From NCBI GenBank assembly GCA_944393415.1, contig CALYAD010000032.1, positions 2,818 to 66,817 of the forward strand: 64,000 nucleotides of DNA, read 5' to 3'. The stretch is from an uncultured Clostridia bacterium (GTDB lineage Bacteria > Bacillota > Clostridia > Oscillospirales > CAG-272). Under the pieces are notes generated by a model. It did not search any database. It worked only from the letters and a program-made list of their open reading frames with translations, and was not told the origin of the DNA. A program made the position numbers and the translations under genes. Positions 1 to 8,931 of this stretch are shown one piece after another. Position 1 is the stretch's first letter; each line of letters opens with the position of its first letter.

Positions 1-37
1 CAAATATATATGACATCAAATTATTATGGAGATCAAG

Positions 38-232
38 ATGAATCATAAAATGCGTGAGAAGCGGCAAGCCTGCGGATTGTCTCAGGCTGATCTTGCTAAG
101 GCAATAGGCGTAGCGCGTCAAACCGTAAATATGGTTGAGAACGGAGAATATAACCCGACTCTGTCGTTATGCTTGAAAATCTGCCGTGCGCTCGGCTGTA
201 CGCTGGATGATTTATTTTGGGAGGAAAAATAA
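38..232 (+). CDS. XRE-family (Cro/C1-type) helix-turn-helix transcriptional regulator
   Basis: ORF 26..232. LSQADLAKAIGVARQTVNMVENGEYNPTL is a typical HTH_3 signature. ATG at 38 is preferred because GGAG lies 6 nt upstream. The stop overlaps the next start (TAATG). Confidence 0.85.
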   Translation: MNHKMREKRQACGLSQADLAKAIGVARQTVNMVENGEYNPTLSLCLKICRALGCTLDDLFWEEK

Positions 233-1605
233 TGTTTTACGATGAAAGAATTCACACGGGAAGAGGAAAGGCTTTCCGCAAGACCATGGTTTTTGCGACC
301 GTTCTGTTTTTTCTGTATGCGGTTATTCATACGGTATACCAGCTTATCGCCATGCCGTCATTCAATCCGGTTTCAATCATGACCGAGAGTCTCTGCGCTT
401 TAATTGGGCTTGGACTTATATTGTACGGAGAAATCGCCTTTGCCGGAAGTCAAGCCGATGAAAGGAAAGCCTATCAAAAAGACTGCTACTTTGCCAAGGC
501 GTTTTATTACCTTCTTTATTCAGTCGCCGGCGCATACTGCGTCATAGCTCCGATCTATCTGCTTTCCGACAACACGGGTTATCCTCCGAACACTGTACTG
601 TTCTTCATAGAGATTCCTTGCTGGCTTTTCCTGCTTTTACAGTTTAAGAAGGATGAAATACCGATCAATGCGGAGATCTTACTTGAGGACAAAAAGATTT
701 ATTGGACAAAGGTTTTGAAAAATATTCTGAAATTCGGCGGGGTCTGTGTCGGACTGACATGTTTCAGTTTTACTGTTACGCTGTTTTATCTGGTGGTATA
801 CCGTTCTGACGTGGGATTGTTTTCTCTTGCCGTTCTGCTTGCGATTTTGTTCGCGGGGTTACTGACATGGATCAGCCTGTCTCTTGAATATGCGCTGTTT
901 TCTGTCGCGGAGCGTGTGAGTGAAAAGGCAAAGCAGAAAGGCACACTCTCTCCGATCACGATTATTTTTTTGTGGGTTGGAATAGGCGCCGGCATTGCAG
1001 CCGATATAGGCAGGATTATTATCTCAGCTGCCGGATATGAATTCAATTCCGCTGATATTGTTGTCGCTTTCAATTACATAGACAGAAGCATGGCTGTTAT
1101 CGGAGGTTACTTCACCGGCTTGTTCCTTGTATATTTTTTGTCAGAGCTGCGTGCGCTGCCGGACAGAAAGCTCGTGAAAATCTTATCCGGAAATCTGCTT
1201 ATTCGGGTAATCAACTACGTATACGGCGTTTTGTCCTCTATTATTTTTATGATTATGCTCGATATGTACGGCGGTAATCCGGAGGCGGAATATATATTTT
1301 ATGTCAATTCATCGATGCTGTCCACAGCAATATCCGTTTTTTTCATGATCTTTTATGCGTGTCTGACAGGGTTGTGTTTCAAAATACTGTCCGGGTACAC
1401 GCTTGCGGGAAAGTGGTATTGGGCTGTCCCGGTACTCACCTTTTTTATAAAAGCGATTGATCTCGTTCTGAACGGAATTATTATGATTGTGTATGACCGC
1501 ACGGCTTTCTGGTTGCTGTCTGTCGTCGGTACGACTGCTATCGGCATTCTGTACTGTCTGGTATACAAGAAGATAAAGGAAAAGCCTCTGCTTTCGGCGG
1601 AGTAA
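232..1605 (+). CDS. Multi-pass integral membrane protein of unknown function, translationally coupled to the XRE regulator
   Basis: ORF 217..1605. ATG at 232 is preceded by GGAGG. Many hydrophobic segments are visible and no recognisable catalytic motif. Confidence 0.6.
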   Translation: MFYDERIHTGRGKAFRKTMVFATVLFFLYAVIHTVYQLIAMPSFNPVSIMTESLCALIGLGLILYGEIAFAGSQADERKAYQKDCYFAKAFYYLLYSVAGAYCVIAPIYLLSDNTGYPPNTVLFFIEIPCWLFLLLQFKKDEIPINAEILLEDKKIYWTKVLKNILKFGGVCVGLTCFSFTVTLFYLVVYRSDVGLFSLAVLLAILFAGLLTWISLSLEYALFSVAERVSEKAKQKGTLSPITIIFLWVGIGAGIAADIGRIIISAAGYEFNSADIVVAFNYIDRSMAVIGGYFTGLFLVYFLSELRALPDRKLVKILSGNLLIRVINYVYGVLSSIIFMIMLDMYGGNPEAEYIFYVNSSMLSTAISVFFMIFYACLTGLCFKILSGYTLAGKWYWAVPVLTFFIKAIDLVLNGIIMIVYDRTAFWLLSVVGTTAIGILYCLVYKKIKEKPLLSAE

Positions 1606-1673
1606 TTTAATCCGGGTTACTTTATAGTAATAAAATGTCTGATCCGGATCAGAGAGGCTTTATTATGATCCGT

Positions 1674-1721
1674 GAAAAAATGGCTGATGCAAATGCCGAT
1701 AAAGGCAGATGCATCAGCCAT
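1674..1721 (-). terminator. Intrinsic terminator downstream of rpsR (12-bp stem; usable from both directions)
   Basis: ATGGCTGATGCA (1680-1691) pairs with TGCATCAGCCAT (1710-1721). On the minus strand the stem is followed by TTTTTT. Confidence 0.65.
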
Positions 1722-1736
1722 TGAAGTTTTCGGTAA

Positions 1737-2081
1737 TCAGTCTCCGCTGACGTACGGCATAAGCGCTACGGTACGTGCGCGCTTAATTGCTACGGTTACC
1801 TGGCGCTGATGTTTTGCGCAGGTACCGGAAACTCTGCGGGGGAGTATCTTTGCCGCGCGTTCGCTTACGCAGCACTTTTTAAGTCTGGAAATATCCTTAT
1901 AGTCAATATATTTTATATTATCCGCGCAGAACTGACATACTTTTCTGCGCTTACCGCGGTTTACATTGCTGCTATTGCGTGTAGCCGTGGCTGTTTTAGC
2001 CGGAGCCGCCGCGGGAGCCTCTGCAACGGCTTCCGTCGTTTCGACTGCTTCCTCAGCGGTGGTTATTGCTTCGTTATCCAT
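1737..2081 (-). CDS. rpsR: 30S ribosomal protein S18 with a ~40-aa Ala/Glu/Thr-rich N-terminal extension
   Basis: C-terminal [62 protein letters not shown] matches the S18 core. Gene order is rpsF-ssb-rpsR. Confidence 0.9.
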   Translation of the reverse strand: MDNEAITTAEEAVETTEAVAEAPAAAPAKTATATRNSSNVNRGKRRKVCQFCADNIKYIDYKDISRLKKCCVSERAAKILPRRVSGTCAKHQRQVTVAIKRARTVALMPYVSGD

Positions 2082-2153
2082 GGTTTATACATGTTTTCCG
2101 GTTATGTCGGAAAAACTTCTCCTTTCAAAAAATATATTCGGCGATCGCGCTGA

Positions 2154-2618
2154 TCAGAACGGCAGATCGTCGTCGTTCGACATATCCTCAAATTGGGCAG
2201 ACGCCGACGGAGAGGATGAAAACTGAGGAGCGGGTGTGTCAAAGCTGTCCTGAGCGGCAAATCCGCTTCCCTGGGTATTGGAATCGACGAAATAGGCCTC
2301 GTCGACAAGTACCTCGGTCGAGTAGCGCTTGGCACCCTGCTGGTCCGTCCAGCTTCTTGTCTGTATACTTCCGGTTACGCAGATCGCACTGCCCTTTTTG
2401 AAATAACGGGTGATAAAGTCGGCCTGGGCGCGCCAAGCCACAAGGGTTATGAAATCAACGTTGCTGTTCTGGTTTTGTCCGTCTGCGTTTTTGGAATAGC
2501 GTCGGTTAATGGCAATTGAAAATGTTGTTACACTTACGCCGTTAGGAGTCTGGCGCAGTTCCGGGGTAGCGGTAAGATGTCCCGCAAGCACTACCTTGTT
2601 TAGGTTGAGTGACGCCAT
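2154..2618 (-). CDS. ssb: Single-stranded DNA-binding protein
   Basis: N-terminal OB fold (MASLNLNKVVLAGHLTATPELRQTPNG) and the acidic tail DDDLPF. Confidence 0.9.
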   Translation of the reverse strand: MASLNLNKVVLAGHLTATPELRQTPNGVSVTTFSIAINRRYSKNADGQNQNSNVDFITLVAWRAQADFITRYFKKGSAICVTGSIQTRSWTDQQGAKRYSTEVLVDEAYFVDSNTQGSGFAAQDSFDTPAPQFSSSPSASAQFEDMSNDDDLPF

Positions 2619-2637
2619 TTCTATCCCTCCCCGTCGG

Positions 2638-2931
2638 TTACGCTTCGGTCCTCGTGACCATATAGCGCATAATACCCTCGGTTATACCGAAAATACGCTC
2701 CAGCTCGGACGGGAAATCCGTCGGGGAACTGAAGTTTACAAGTACATAATAGCCTTCGTTTTTATCGTTTATGGGATATGCCAGACGACGCTTTCCCCAT
2801 TCGTTTACACCGGTGATCTCGGCGTGCTCGGAAATGAGCGCCGTAAACTTTTCAACTAAGGATTTTACGGCTGCTTCGCCTTCGCTCATATCAATGATAA
2901 AAAGAGCTTCATATGCGTTTTTCTTTGTCAT
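2638..2931 (-). CDS. rpsF: 30S ribosomal protein S6
   Basis: YEALFIID...EWGKRRLAYPI motif, and position upstream of ssb-rpsR. Confidence 0.9.
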   Translation of the reverse strand: MTKKNAYEALFIIDMSEGEAAVKSLVEKFTALISEHAEITGVNEWGKRRLAYPINDKNEGYYVLVNFSSPTDFPSELERIFGITEGIMRYMVTRTEA

Positions 2932-3026
2932 TTTTTACACCTCCCTATGGACTTTGACCGCGAACATTCAGTCTGATTTTTCGCGGTAAGGAGAAAACGC
3001 GTATAACCGCGCCTTCTGATTTTAAT

Positions 3027-3055
3027 ATTTTATCAGATTTTTTCTGTTTTGTCAA
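3027..3055 (-). promoter_or_regulatory. Sigma-A-type promoter of the rpsF-ssb-rpsR operon
   Basis: On the minus strand: TTGACA (3055-3050), 17-nt spacer, TAAAAT (3032-3027). It is followed by a ~90-nt leader. Confidence 0.6.
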
Positions 3056-3318
3056 CTATTTCACAATTTATTTACAATATTCCCGTAAAGTTTTTAAGGT
3101 GATAGAAAAAATATGTAACGCGCATTTATTAAGCGATTTCCGGGTTTTGATACGGTTAGGTAAATCGGTATTAAGAAATCAGAATAAATTATAACAGCAA
3201 ATTAACAAAAAAGCCTTGAATAAATATGTATTTGTGGTAAAATAATTCTAATGGTATCGGTAGCAATAAGCGGTGAGCTTTACGTTTCCGGCTCTTGGAG
3301 AAAGGATTTTGCCTGGTA

Positions 3319-4581
3319 ATGAAACTGAACTACAAAAACACTGTGCTTGTCGGTCTCGCGTTTATGACTATATCGGCGTTCTGGCAGCTGTACAATAATG
3401 AAGTTCCGCTTATGCTTCAGGATCTTATCGGAGAGCAAAACCAGCTTCTGATAAATATAATTATGTCGCTTGACAATATATCCGCTTTATTCCTTTTGCC
3501 GCTTTTCGGAGCATTTTCGGATAAAACGAATACCAAACTGGGCAAGCGTATGCCGTATATAGTTGCGGGCACGATACTGGCGGTCGTCTTTATGATGGGC
3601 ATGCCTGTGGCGTACGATGCCGGAAGCACAGTGCTTTTCTTTATAGCGGTAGCGGGCGTATTGCTTTCCACAAGTATTTATCGTTCTCCTGCGGTCGCGC
3701 TGATGCCGGATATAACACCAAAGCCCTTGCGTTCTCAGGGTAACGCGGTGATAAACCTCATGGGGGCCGTGGGACTCGTTTGCGTTCAGGTGCTTACCCC
3801 GGCTCTCAAGGGAAATAACAATTATTTGCTGCTGTTTTCCGTAATAGGCGCTTTTATTCTTATAAGTCTTGCCGTAATGGTGTTTACCGTAAAAGAAAAT
3901 AAATGGGTCGCGCTGATGCCTCCTGATGTTGAGACGGAGGAGGAGCGAATGGAAAGAGAAAACCGCGGCGTACATTTAAAGGGAAGCGTAAGAAAAAGCC
4001 TTATTTTTCTGCTTGTAAGCGTATTTCTGTGGTATATGGCGTACAGCGCTATCGAAACAAACTATTCTCGTTACGCGAGCGAGATATGGGGGCTTGGAGA
4101 GGGAGAATATACCAAACCGATGCTTTTCGGAAGCATTGTCGCGCTTATAAGCTTCGTGCCTCTCGGGATAGTTTCAAAAAAGCTGGGACGAAGAAAAACC
4201 GTGTTTATAGGACTGTCGGTATTGCTTGCCGCAGTTGTGATTATAGCAATAATATCTTCTTATACACCGCTGCTGTATCTTATGTTTGCGCTTGTCGGTG
4301 TTTCCTGGGCGGCGATAAACGTCAACTCGTATCCGATGGTTGTGGAAATGAGCCGCGGAGCGGACGTAGGAAAATATACGGGATTATATTACACGTTTTC
4401 CATGGCGGCGCAGATTGCCACGCCTTTAGTAACCGGATTCCTGTTTGATATACTTCCGCATATAAAATTCAGAATTCTGTTTCCGTACGCGGCGTTGTTC
4501 CTGCTGATAGCCTTGATCACTATGATATTTGTCAAGCACGGAGACGCAAGCGCGGAGCCGGAAAGCACCGGAAACGCATGA
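3319..4581 (+). CDS. MFS-family transporter (12-TM type)
   Basis: ORF 3295..4581. ATG at 3319 follows GGAGAAAGGA. Hydrophobic repeats are present, with LGKRMPYIVAG / LGRRKTVFIGL loop motifs typical of MFS. Confidence 0.8.
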   Translation: MKLNYKNTVLVGLAFMTISAFWQLYNNEVPLMLQDLIGEQNQLLINIIMSLDNISALFLLPLFGAFSDKTNTKLGKRMPYIVAGTILAVVFMMGMPVAYDAGSTVLFFIAVAGVLLSTSIYRSPAVALMPDITPKPLRSQGNAVINLMGAVGLVCVQVLTPALKGNNNYLLLFSVIGAFILISLAVMVFTVKENKWVALMPPDVETEEERMERENRGVHLKGSVRKSLIFLLVSVFLWYMAYSAIETNYSRYASEIWGLGEGEYTKPMLFGSIVALISFVPLGIVSKKLGRRKTVFIGLSVLLAAVVIIAIISSYTPLLYLMFALVGVSWAAINVNSYPMVVEMSRGADVGKYTGLYYTFSMAAQIATPLVTGFLFDILPHIKFRILFPYAALFLLIALITMIFVKHGDASAEPESTGNA

Positions 4582-4742
4582 ATATAAGATCTGCTGCGAT
4601 CAGAGGCCGATTACTGAGATAGTTTGAGGGCGGCGTGTCCGACCTGTACAGGGGCTTTCCAAGTAATATACATGACGTTATCGGATAAGATAATAAACTT
4701 GATCCATATAATAAAGGTAACAAACGAAAGGACGAGAATGTA

Positions 4743-5546
4743 ATGAAAATTAAAAACTGGGGAACTTTGGCGGCTGTAGGAGCGGCGGGTGCTTATCTTG
4801 CGTCCATATGCCCGAGAATAAATAACAGACCGGATATTTCTTCGTTTGAGGGAAAGGTATTCGCTCACAGGGGAATGTTCGGTGGTCAGATAGCGGAAAA
4901 CTCTATCGAGGCATTCGAAAAGGCGGTAGAGAACGGGTACGGTATTGAGCTTGACGTACAGCTGAGCTCGGACGGTCAGGCAGTGGTTTTTCACGACAGT
5001 TCACTGCTTCGTATGTACGGAGAGGCAAAGTCTGTAAGCGAACTTACCGCAAAGGAGCTTTCCGAGTACGGGATACCGACGCTGAGGGAGGCGCTGGTGG
5101 TTATAGACGGTAAGGTGCCGCTGATCGTTGAGCTTAAGGGCTACACAAGCGATGTGTCGGTATGCCCGATAGCCGCGGAGATACTGGACGAATATAAGGG
5201 AGAGTATTGCGTGGAGTCATTTAACCCGTATATCCTCAAATGGTATAAGGAATGCAGACCCGACGTGATCAGGGGACAGCTTGCCACATCGTTTATGAGA
5301 GAGGGTCCTCGGGCTCCGAAATATTTTCTGATAGAAAATCTCATGACTAATTTTATTACGAAACCGGACTTTATAGCTTATAACCATAAGTATCCGGGAA
5401 AGCTGTCAGTCGTTCTGTGCAGAAAGCTGTTTAATATTCCGGTAATCGCATGGACGGTTCAGACAGCGGGAGAATGGAGCAGATGCGCCGACAGATTTGA
5501 TTCATATATCTGTGAGGGTCTTCCTAAAAAGCGTATAAAGAAATAA
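4743..5546 (+). CDS. Glycerophosphodiester phosphodiesterase (GDPD) family protein with an N-terminal anchor
   Basis: FAHRG...ENSIEAFEKAVENGYGIELDVQLSSDGQAVVFHD is the GDPD catalytic signature. Confidence 0.85.
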   Translation: MKIKNWGTLAAVGAAGAYLASICPRINNRPDISSFEGKVFAHRGMFGGQIAENSIEAFEKAVENGYGIELDVQLSSDGQAVVFHDSSLLRMYGEAKSVSELTAKELSEYGIPTLREALVVIDGKVPLIVELKGYTSDVSVCPIAAEILDEYKGEYCVESFNPYILKWYKECRPDVIRGQLATSFMREGPRAPKYFLIENLMTNFITKPDFIAYNHKYPGKLSVVLCRKLFNIPVIAWTVQTAGEWSRCADRFDSYICEGLPKKRIKK

Positions 5547-5620
5547 AAAGGCTTAAGAGGCCGAGTCCAAAACCACGCCTGATCAGAAGCCAAACATTTT
5601 CGGAGAAGCTTTGGAAAGAT

Positions 5621-5653
5621 CGTAAGAAACCCTTTTAAAAAGGGTTTCTTACG
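5621..5653. repeat. GAAACCCTTTT/AAAAGGGTTTC hairpin repeat (copy 1); bidirectional terminator between convergent genes
   Basis: CGTAAGAAACCCTTTT-A-AAAAGGGTTTCTTACG is a 16-bp stem followed by AAAAAAA. It shares the 5' extension GAGAAGCTTTGGAAAG with copies at 12732 and 36598. Confidence 0.65.
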
Positions 5654-5666
5654 GTAAAAAAAGCGT

Positions 5667-6446
5667 CTACGTGTGATTTTTAATATTTTGATCCGTTTCT
5701 CGGCTTTTTTGGGTGTAAAGGTATCCTTCCTTACATCTTCCGAGACGTTCAATAATTTTAAGGTCATACAGAATAAGCAGAACTATACCCGCAAGCTGCA
5801 TGGAAATTCCGGCTGTCCTTGCGAGGTCGCGCGAAAAAAATAATTCGGGAAGCTCTTTGGGCAGAAATATCCGATAGTCGTCCGGGCAGGTCAGGGTTAT
5901 GTCGTCGAAAAGCTGTGAGGGAATTATCTCGGCTTTCCTATACTCCTTCGGTCTGCGGCGTCTGGATTTTTTATTCTGAGGACTTCCCGATATTCTTAGC
6001 TCGGTAACTCCAACAGACAGCAGCCGAAGGTGAAAGCCCGGTACTGATAAATATGAGCGTATTTTGTATAGCTCCGGAAAGACGTCGTATAAGCTGCCTT
6101 TTCGGGGGCTTTTTCTTTTTGTCGACTCTCCGGTATGCGGGTCAGTGGTTATAATAAGCTTTTCCTTTATTATCGGATATACTACGGTCACCGTACCGGA
6201 TGCGAGCAGCTTATCAAGCTTCCGCCTCAGACGCTCAAAGGCTTTCGTCTGTATCTCAAATACAGCGTCGCCGTATTCAGCGTCGCAGACAAATCCTCCG
6301 CGCCTTATCTCATGCATATCCGGATCCGGCTGAACGTAGTATTTCAGCGCGGAATGGAGACGATATTCCGAAAGCGTGCCTATTCCCTTGACGGCGGAAA
6401 GCTCGGAAGCGGCCCTGACCGCAAGCGCAAAAAGCTCGGTATCCAT
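5667..6446 (-). CDS. Conserved hypothetical protein (possible nuclease-like fold, unverified)
   Basis: ORF 5667..6503. ATG at 6446 (MDTELF) follows AAGGAAGAA. No motif could be assigned with confidence. Confidence 0.5.
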   Translation of the reverse strand: MDTELFALAVRAASELSAVKGIGTLSEYRLHSALKYYVQPDPDMHEIRRGGFVCDAEYGDAVFEIQTKAFERLRRKLDKLLASGTVTVVYPIIKEKLIITTDPHTGESTKRKSPRKGSLYDVFPELYKIRSYLSVPGFHLRLLSVGVTELRISGSPQNKKSRRRRPKEYRKAEIIPSQLFDDITLTCPDDYRIFLPKELPELFFSRDLARTAGISMQLAGIVLLILYDLKIIERLGRCKEGYLYTQKSRETDQNIKNHT

Positions 6447-6697
6447 AATAGTTTGTTCTTCCTTATATAAAATTTTACGCGGCAGGTGCGACGCTTTTAT
6501 CATTATATCATATATCGGTTAAAAAATAAAGAGTTTATTGTAAACGCATAAAAATGTGTCGTATTGGGCAAAATCGGAAGCAGAGAAAGGTTAAATCGAT
6601 CGTAATATATCTGCATGTGGTTTGGAAAATCTGGAAAGATTTAATTGTATCTGACCGCGAAAACGTTACTGGTAGTAAGAAAGGATCAAATAAAAAT

Positions 6698-7153
6698 ATG
6701 AACAGAAGTAACGCTGAATATAAAAAATATGCTGACTCACACGCAAAGCCTTCGCCGATAGTAGCGAATTGTATCAAGGCTTTTTTTATAGGAGGGATCA
6801 TATGCACCTTAGGGCAGCTGTTATTTTTAGTATACTCCGGACTCGGCATGGCGGAAAACAACGCTCGGGCGCTTGTTTCGGTATCTCTGATTTTTTTGGC
6901 GGTATTGCTTACGGGACTTGATCTGTTTGACAATATCGCGAAGGTCGGAGGCGCCGGAACATTGGTTCCGATAACCGGCTTTGCGAATGCCGTCGTCTCT
7001 CCGGCAATTGATACAAAGGCAGAGGGGTGGATACTCGGAGTAGGAGCAAAGCTCTTTACAATAGCCGGACCGGTCATTCTTTACGGAACGCTTGCCTCTG
7101 TAATTTACGGCGTTGTTTATTATATCGTAACGCTTGTTATGGGTATGATATGA
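6698..7153 (+). CDS. spoVAC: Stage V sporulation protein AC
   Basis: GGAGTLVPITGFANAVVSPAIDTKAEGWILG and KPSPIVANCIKAFFIGG motifs. ATG at 6698 follows AAGAAAGGA. Confidence 0.9.
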   Translation: MNRSNAEYKKYADSHAKPSPIVANCIKAFFIGGIICTLGQLLFLVYSGLGMAENNARALVSVSLIFLAVLLTGLDLFDNIAKVGGAGTLVPITGFANAVVSPAIDTKAEGWILGVGAKLFTIAGPVILYGTLASVIYGVVYYIVTLVMGMI

Positions 7154-7190
7154 CTTTCAGAATTTTAAGCGCGGAAACGGAGTTTGACAA

Positions 7191-8204
7191 ATGGGTAAAA
7201 AAACACTTAGATTTGAAAACGCGCCGGTGATATTCTCCTCGGCGTCGGTAGTGGGTAAAAAAGAAAAGGAGGGGCCGCTCTCCGATTATTTCGATATGCA
7301 CGACCCAAGCGATAAATTCGGGCTTAAGACATTTGAGCAGGCGGAAAGCGAAATGCAGAGAACGGCGCTTAATCTCGCGCTCTCGAAGGCAAAGGCGAGA
7401 CCGGAGGATATTGAAGCGGTATTCGCCGGCGATCTTATGAACCAATGCACAGGCAGCTCGTACGGTCTTGCCAGCTTCGGCATACCTTACTTCGGGCTTT
7501 ACGGCGCGTGCTCGACCGCCGCTGAAGGCCTTATGCTTTCCGCGATGACCGTGGACCGAGGAGTTTTTTTGACAGCGGCTGCGGTATCCTCCTCTCATAA
7601 CAGCTCGGCGGAAAGACAGTTCAGGTTTCCGCTTGAGTACGGCTCGCAGAGACCGCCTACGGCACAGTGGACGGCGACCGCCGCCGCGGCATTCCTCATA
7701 GGCAGAAAGGAGGACGGCAGAAAGGGCTGTGCCGCGATAACCGAGGCCTTGCCGGGAAGGATAGTCGATAAGGGCATAACCGACGCAAATAATATGGGAG
7801 CGGCGATGGCTCCTGCGGCGGCGGATACGCTTCTGCGTTATTTCATCGACGAGGGACATCTGCCGTCCGATTTCGATCTGATAGTTACCGGTGATTTGGG
7901 TCATGAGGGACATTCCATATGTAAAGAGCTTCTTTCCTCTGAGGGACTGGAGCTCGGGGATATATTCAGCGACTGCGGAATAATGCTCTATGACGCGAAG
8001 AAGCAGGACACGCACAGCGGAGGCTCCGGATGCGGCTGCAGCGCCTCGGTAACCGCGGGATATATAATGAAGGGTTTTGCGGACGGTAAATTTAAAAATG
8101 TGCTCCTGATAGGCACAGGGGCGCTTATGAGTCCGTCTTCGGTTCAGCAGGGACTGAGTATTGCGGGTATCGGGCATCTCGTTCACCTGACCTCCGTTTC
8201 GTGA
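7191..8204 (+). CDS. spoVAD: Stage V sporulation protein AD (thiolase-like fold)
   Basis: MGKKTLRFENAPVI...GDLMNQCTGSSYGLASFGIPYFGLYGACST is typical of SpoVAD. Gene order is spoVAC-AD-AE. Confidence 0.9.
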   Translation: MGKKTLRFENAPVIFSSASVVGKKEKEGPLSDYFDMHDPSDKFGLKTFEQAESEMQRTALNLALSKAKARPEDIEAVFAGDLMNQCTGSSYGLASFGIPYFGLYGACSTAAEGLMLSAMTVDRGVFLTAAAVSSSHNSSAERQFRFPLEYGSQRPPTAQWTATAAAAFLIGRKEDGRKGCAAITEALPGRIVDKGITDANNMGAAMAPAAADTLLRYFIDEGHLPSDFDLIVTGDLGHEGHSICKELLSSEGLELGDIFSDCGIMLYDAKKQDTHSGGSGCGCSASVTAGYIMKGFADGKFKNVLLIGTGALMSPSSVQQGLSIAGIGHLVHLTSVS

Positions 8205-8266
8205 GAACGGTTAAGCGCGTAGCGCCGTTCGGCGCAAAAGACGCGGGAAAGGAATAGGTTATTGAT

Positions 8267-8632
8267 ATGGAAATATTTACAGGTTTATTAAAGGCGTTTG
8301 TAGTGGGAGGCTTACTTTGTGTGATCGCCCAGATATTGATAGATAAAACAAAGCTTACTCCGGCAAGAATACTGGTTACCTATGTGGTGGCCGGGGTAGC
8401 TCTTACCGGCTTGGGAGTGTATCAGCCGTTAGTGGATTTTGCCGGAGCCGGAGCGACAGTGCCGCTGACCGGATTTGGGTATACGCTTGCGAAGGGCGTT
8501 GAAAAGGCCGTGACCGAAACAGGGCTGCTGGGAGCCATAACCGGAGGCCTGACCGCGACGGCGGCGGGTATCACGGCGGCCATGACATTCGGATTCATTG
8601 CGTCAGTCGTATTTCCTTCACGCCCAAAATAA
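8267..8632 (+). CDS. spoVAE: Stage V sporulation protein AE (AEb type)
   Basis: LLCVIAQILIDKTKLTPARILV...AGAGATVPLTGFG motif, paralogous to SpoVAC. Confidence 0.85.
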   Translation: MEIFTGLLKAFVVGGLLCVIAQILIDKTKLTPARILVTYVVAGVALTGLGVYQPLVDFAGAGATVPLTGFGYTLAKGVEKAVTETGLLGAITGGLTATAAGITAAMTFGFIASVVFPSRPK

Positions 8633-8670
8633 AATAATCACAACTTAAAAGTAATCTAAATGATGTAAAA

Positions 8671-8703
8671 AACAGACCTCGATAATAATAGGTCTGTTTC
8701 TTT
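8671..8703 (+). terminator. Intrinsic terminator of the spoVA genes
   Basis: AACAGACCT (8671-8679) pairs with AGGTCTGTT (8690-8698), followed by TCTTT. Confidence 0.6.
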
Positions 8704-8864
8704 ACATGCGCCGGAGTTTGAATAAAGGTTATTATGCCCAAAAATAAGTCTTGAGGTTAAGCAATATGCACAAAATGCAAATATTTCTTTGTTTAAGACG
8801 CCGAATATTTGTGTATATTAATTCTTTGTGTGCGTTTTAAATATGTCAATGTTTAAAAAATACA

Positions 8865-8893
8865 TTGCTATAACAGATGATTAATGCTATAAT
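8865..8893 (+). promoter_or_regulatory. Sigma-A-type promoter of the large lipoprotein gene
   Basis: TTGCTA (8865-8870), 17-nt spacer, TATAAT (8888-8893). Confidence 0.5.
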
Positions 8894-8931
8894 ATTAGCA
8901 CATAAATATATTTTGCAAAGGAGTGCAATAT

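Noticed and set aside
7137-8186. 349-aa ORF antisense to spoVAD
   Set aside because: The protein is Arg-rich and low-complexity, and it fully overlaps a well-supported gene. This is a typical shadow ORF.
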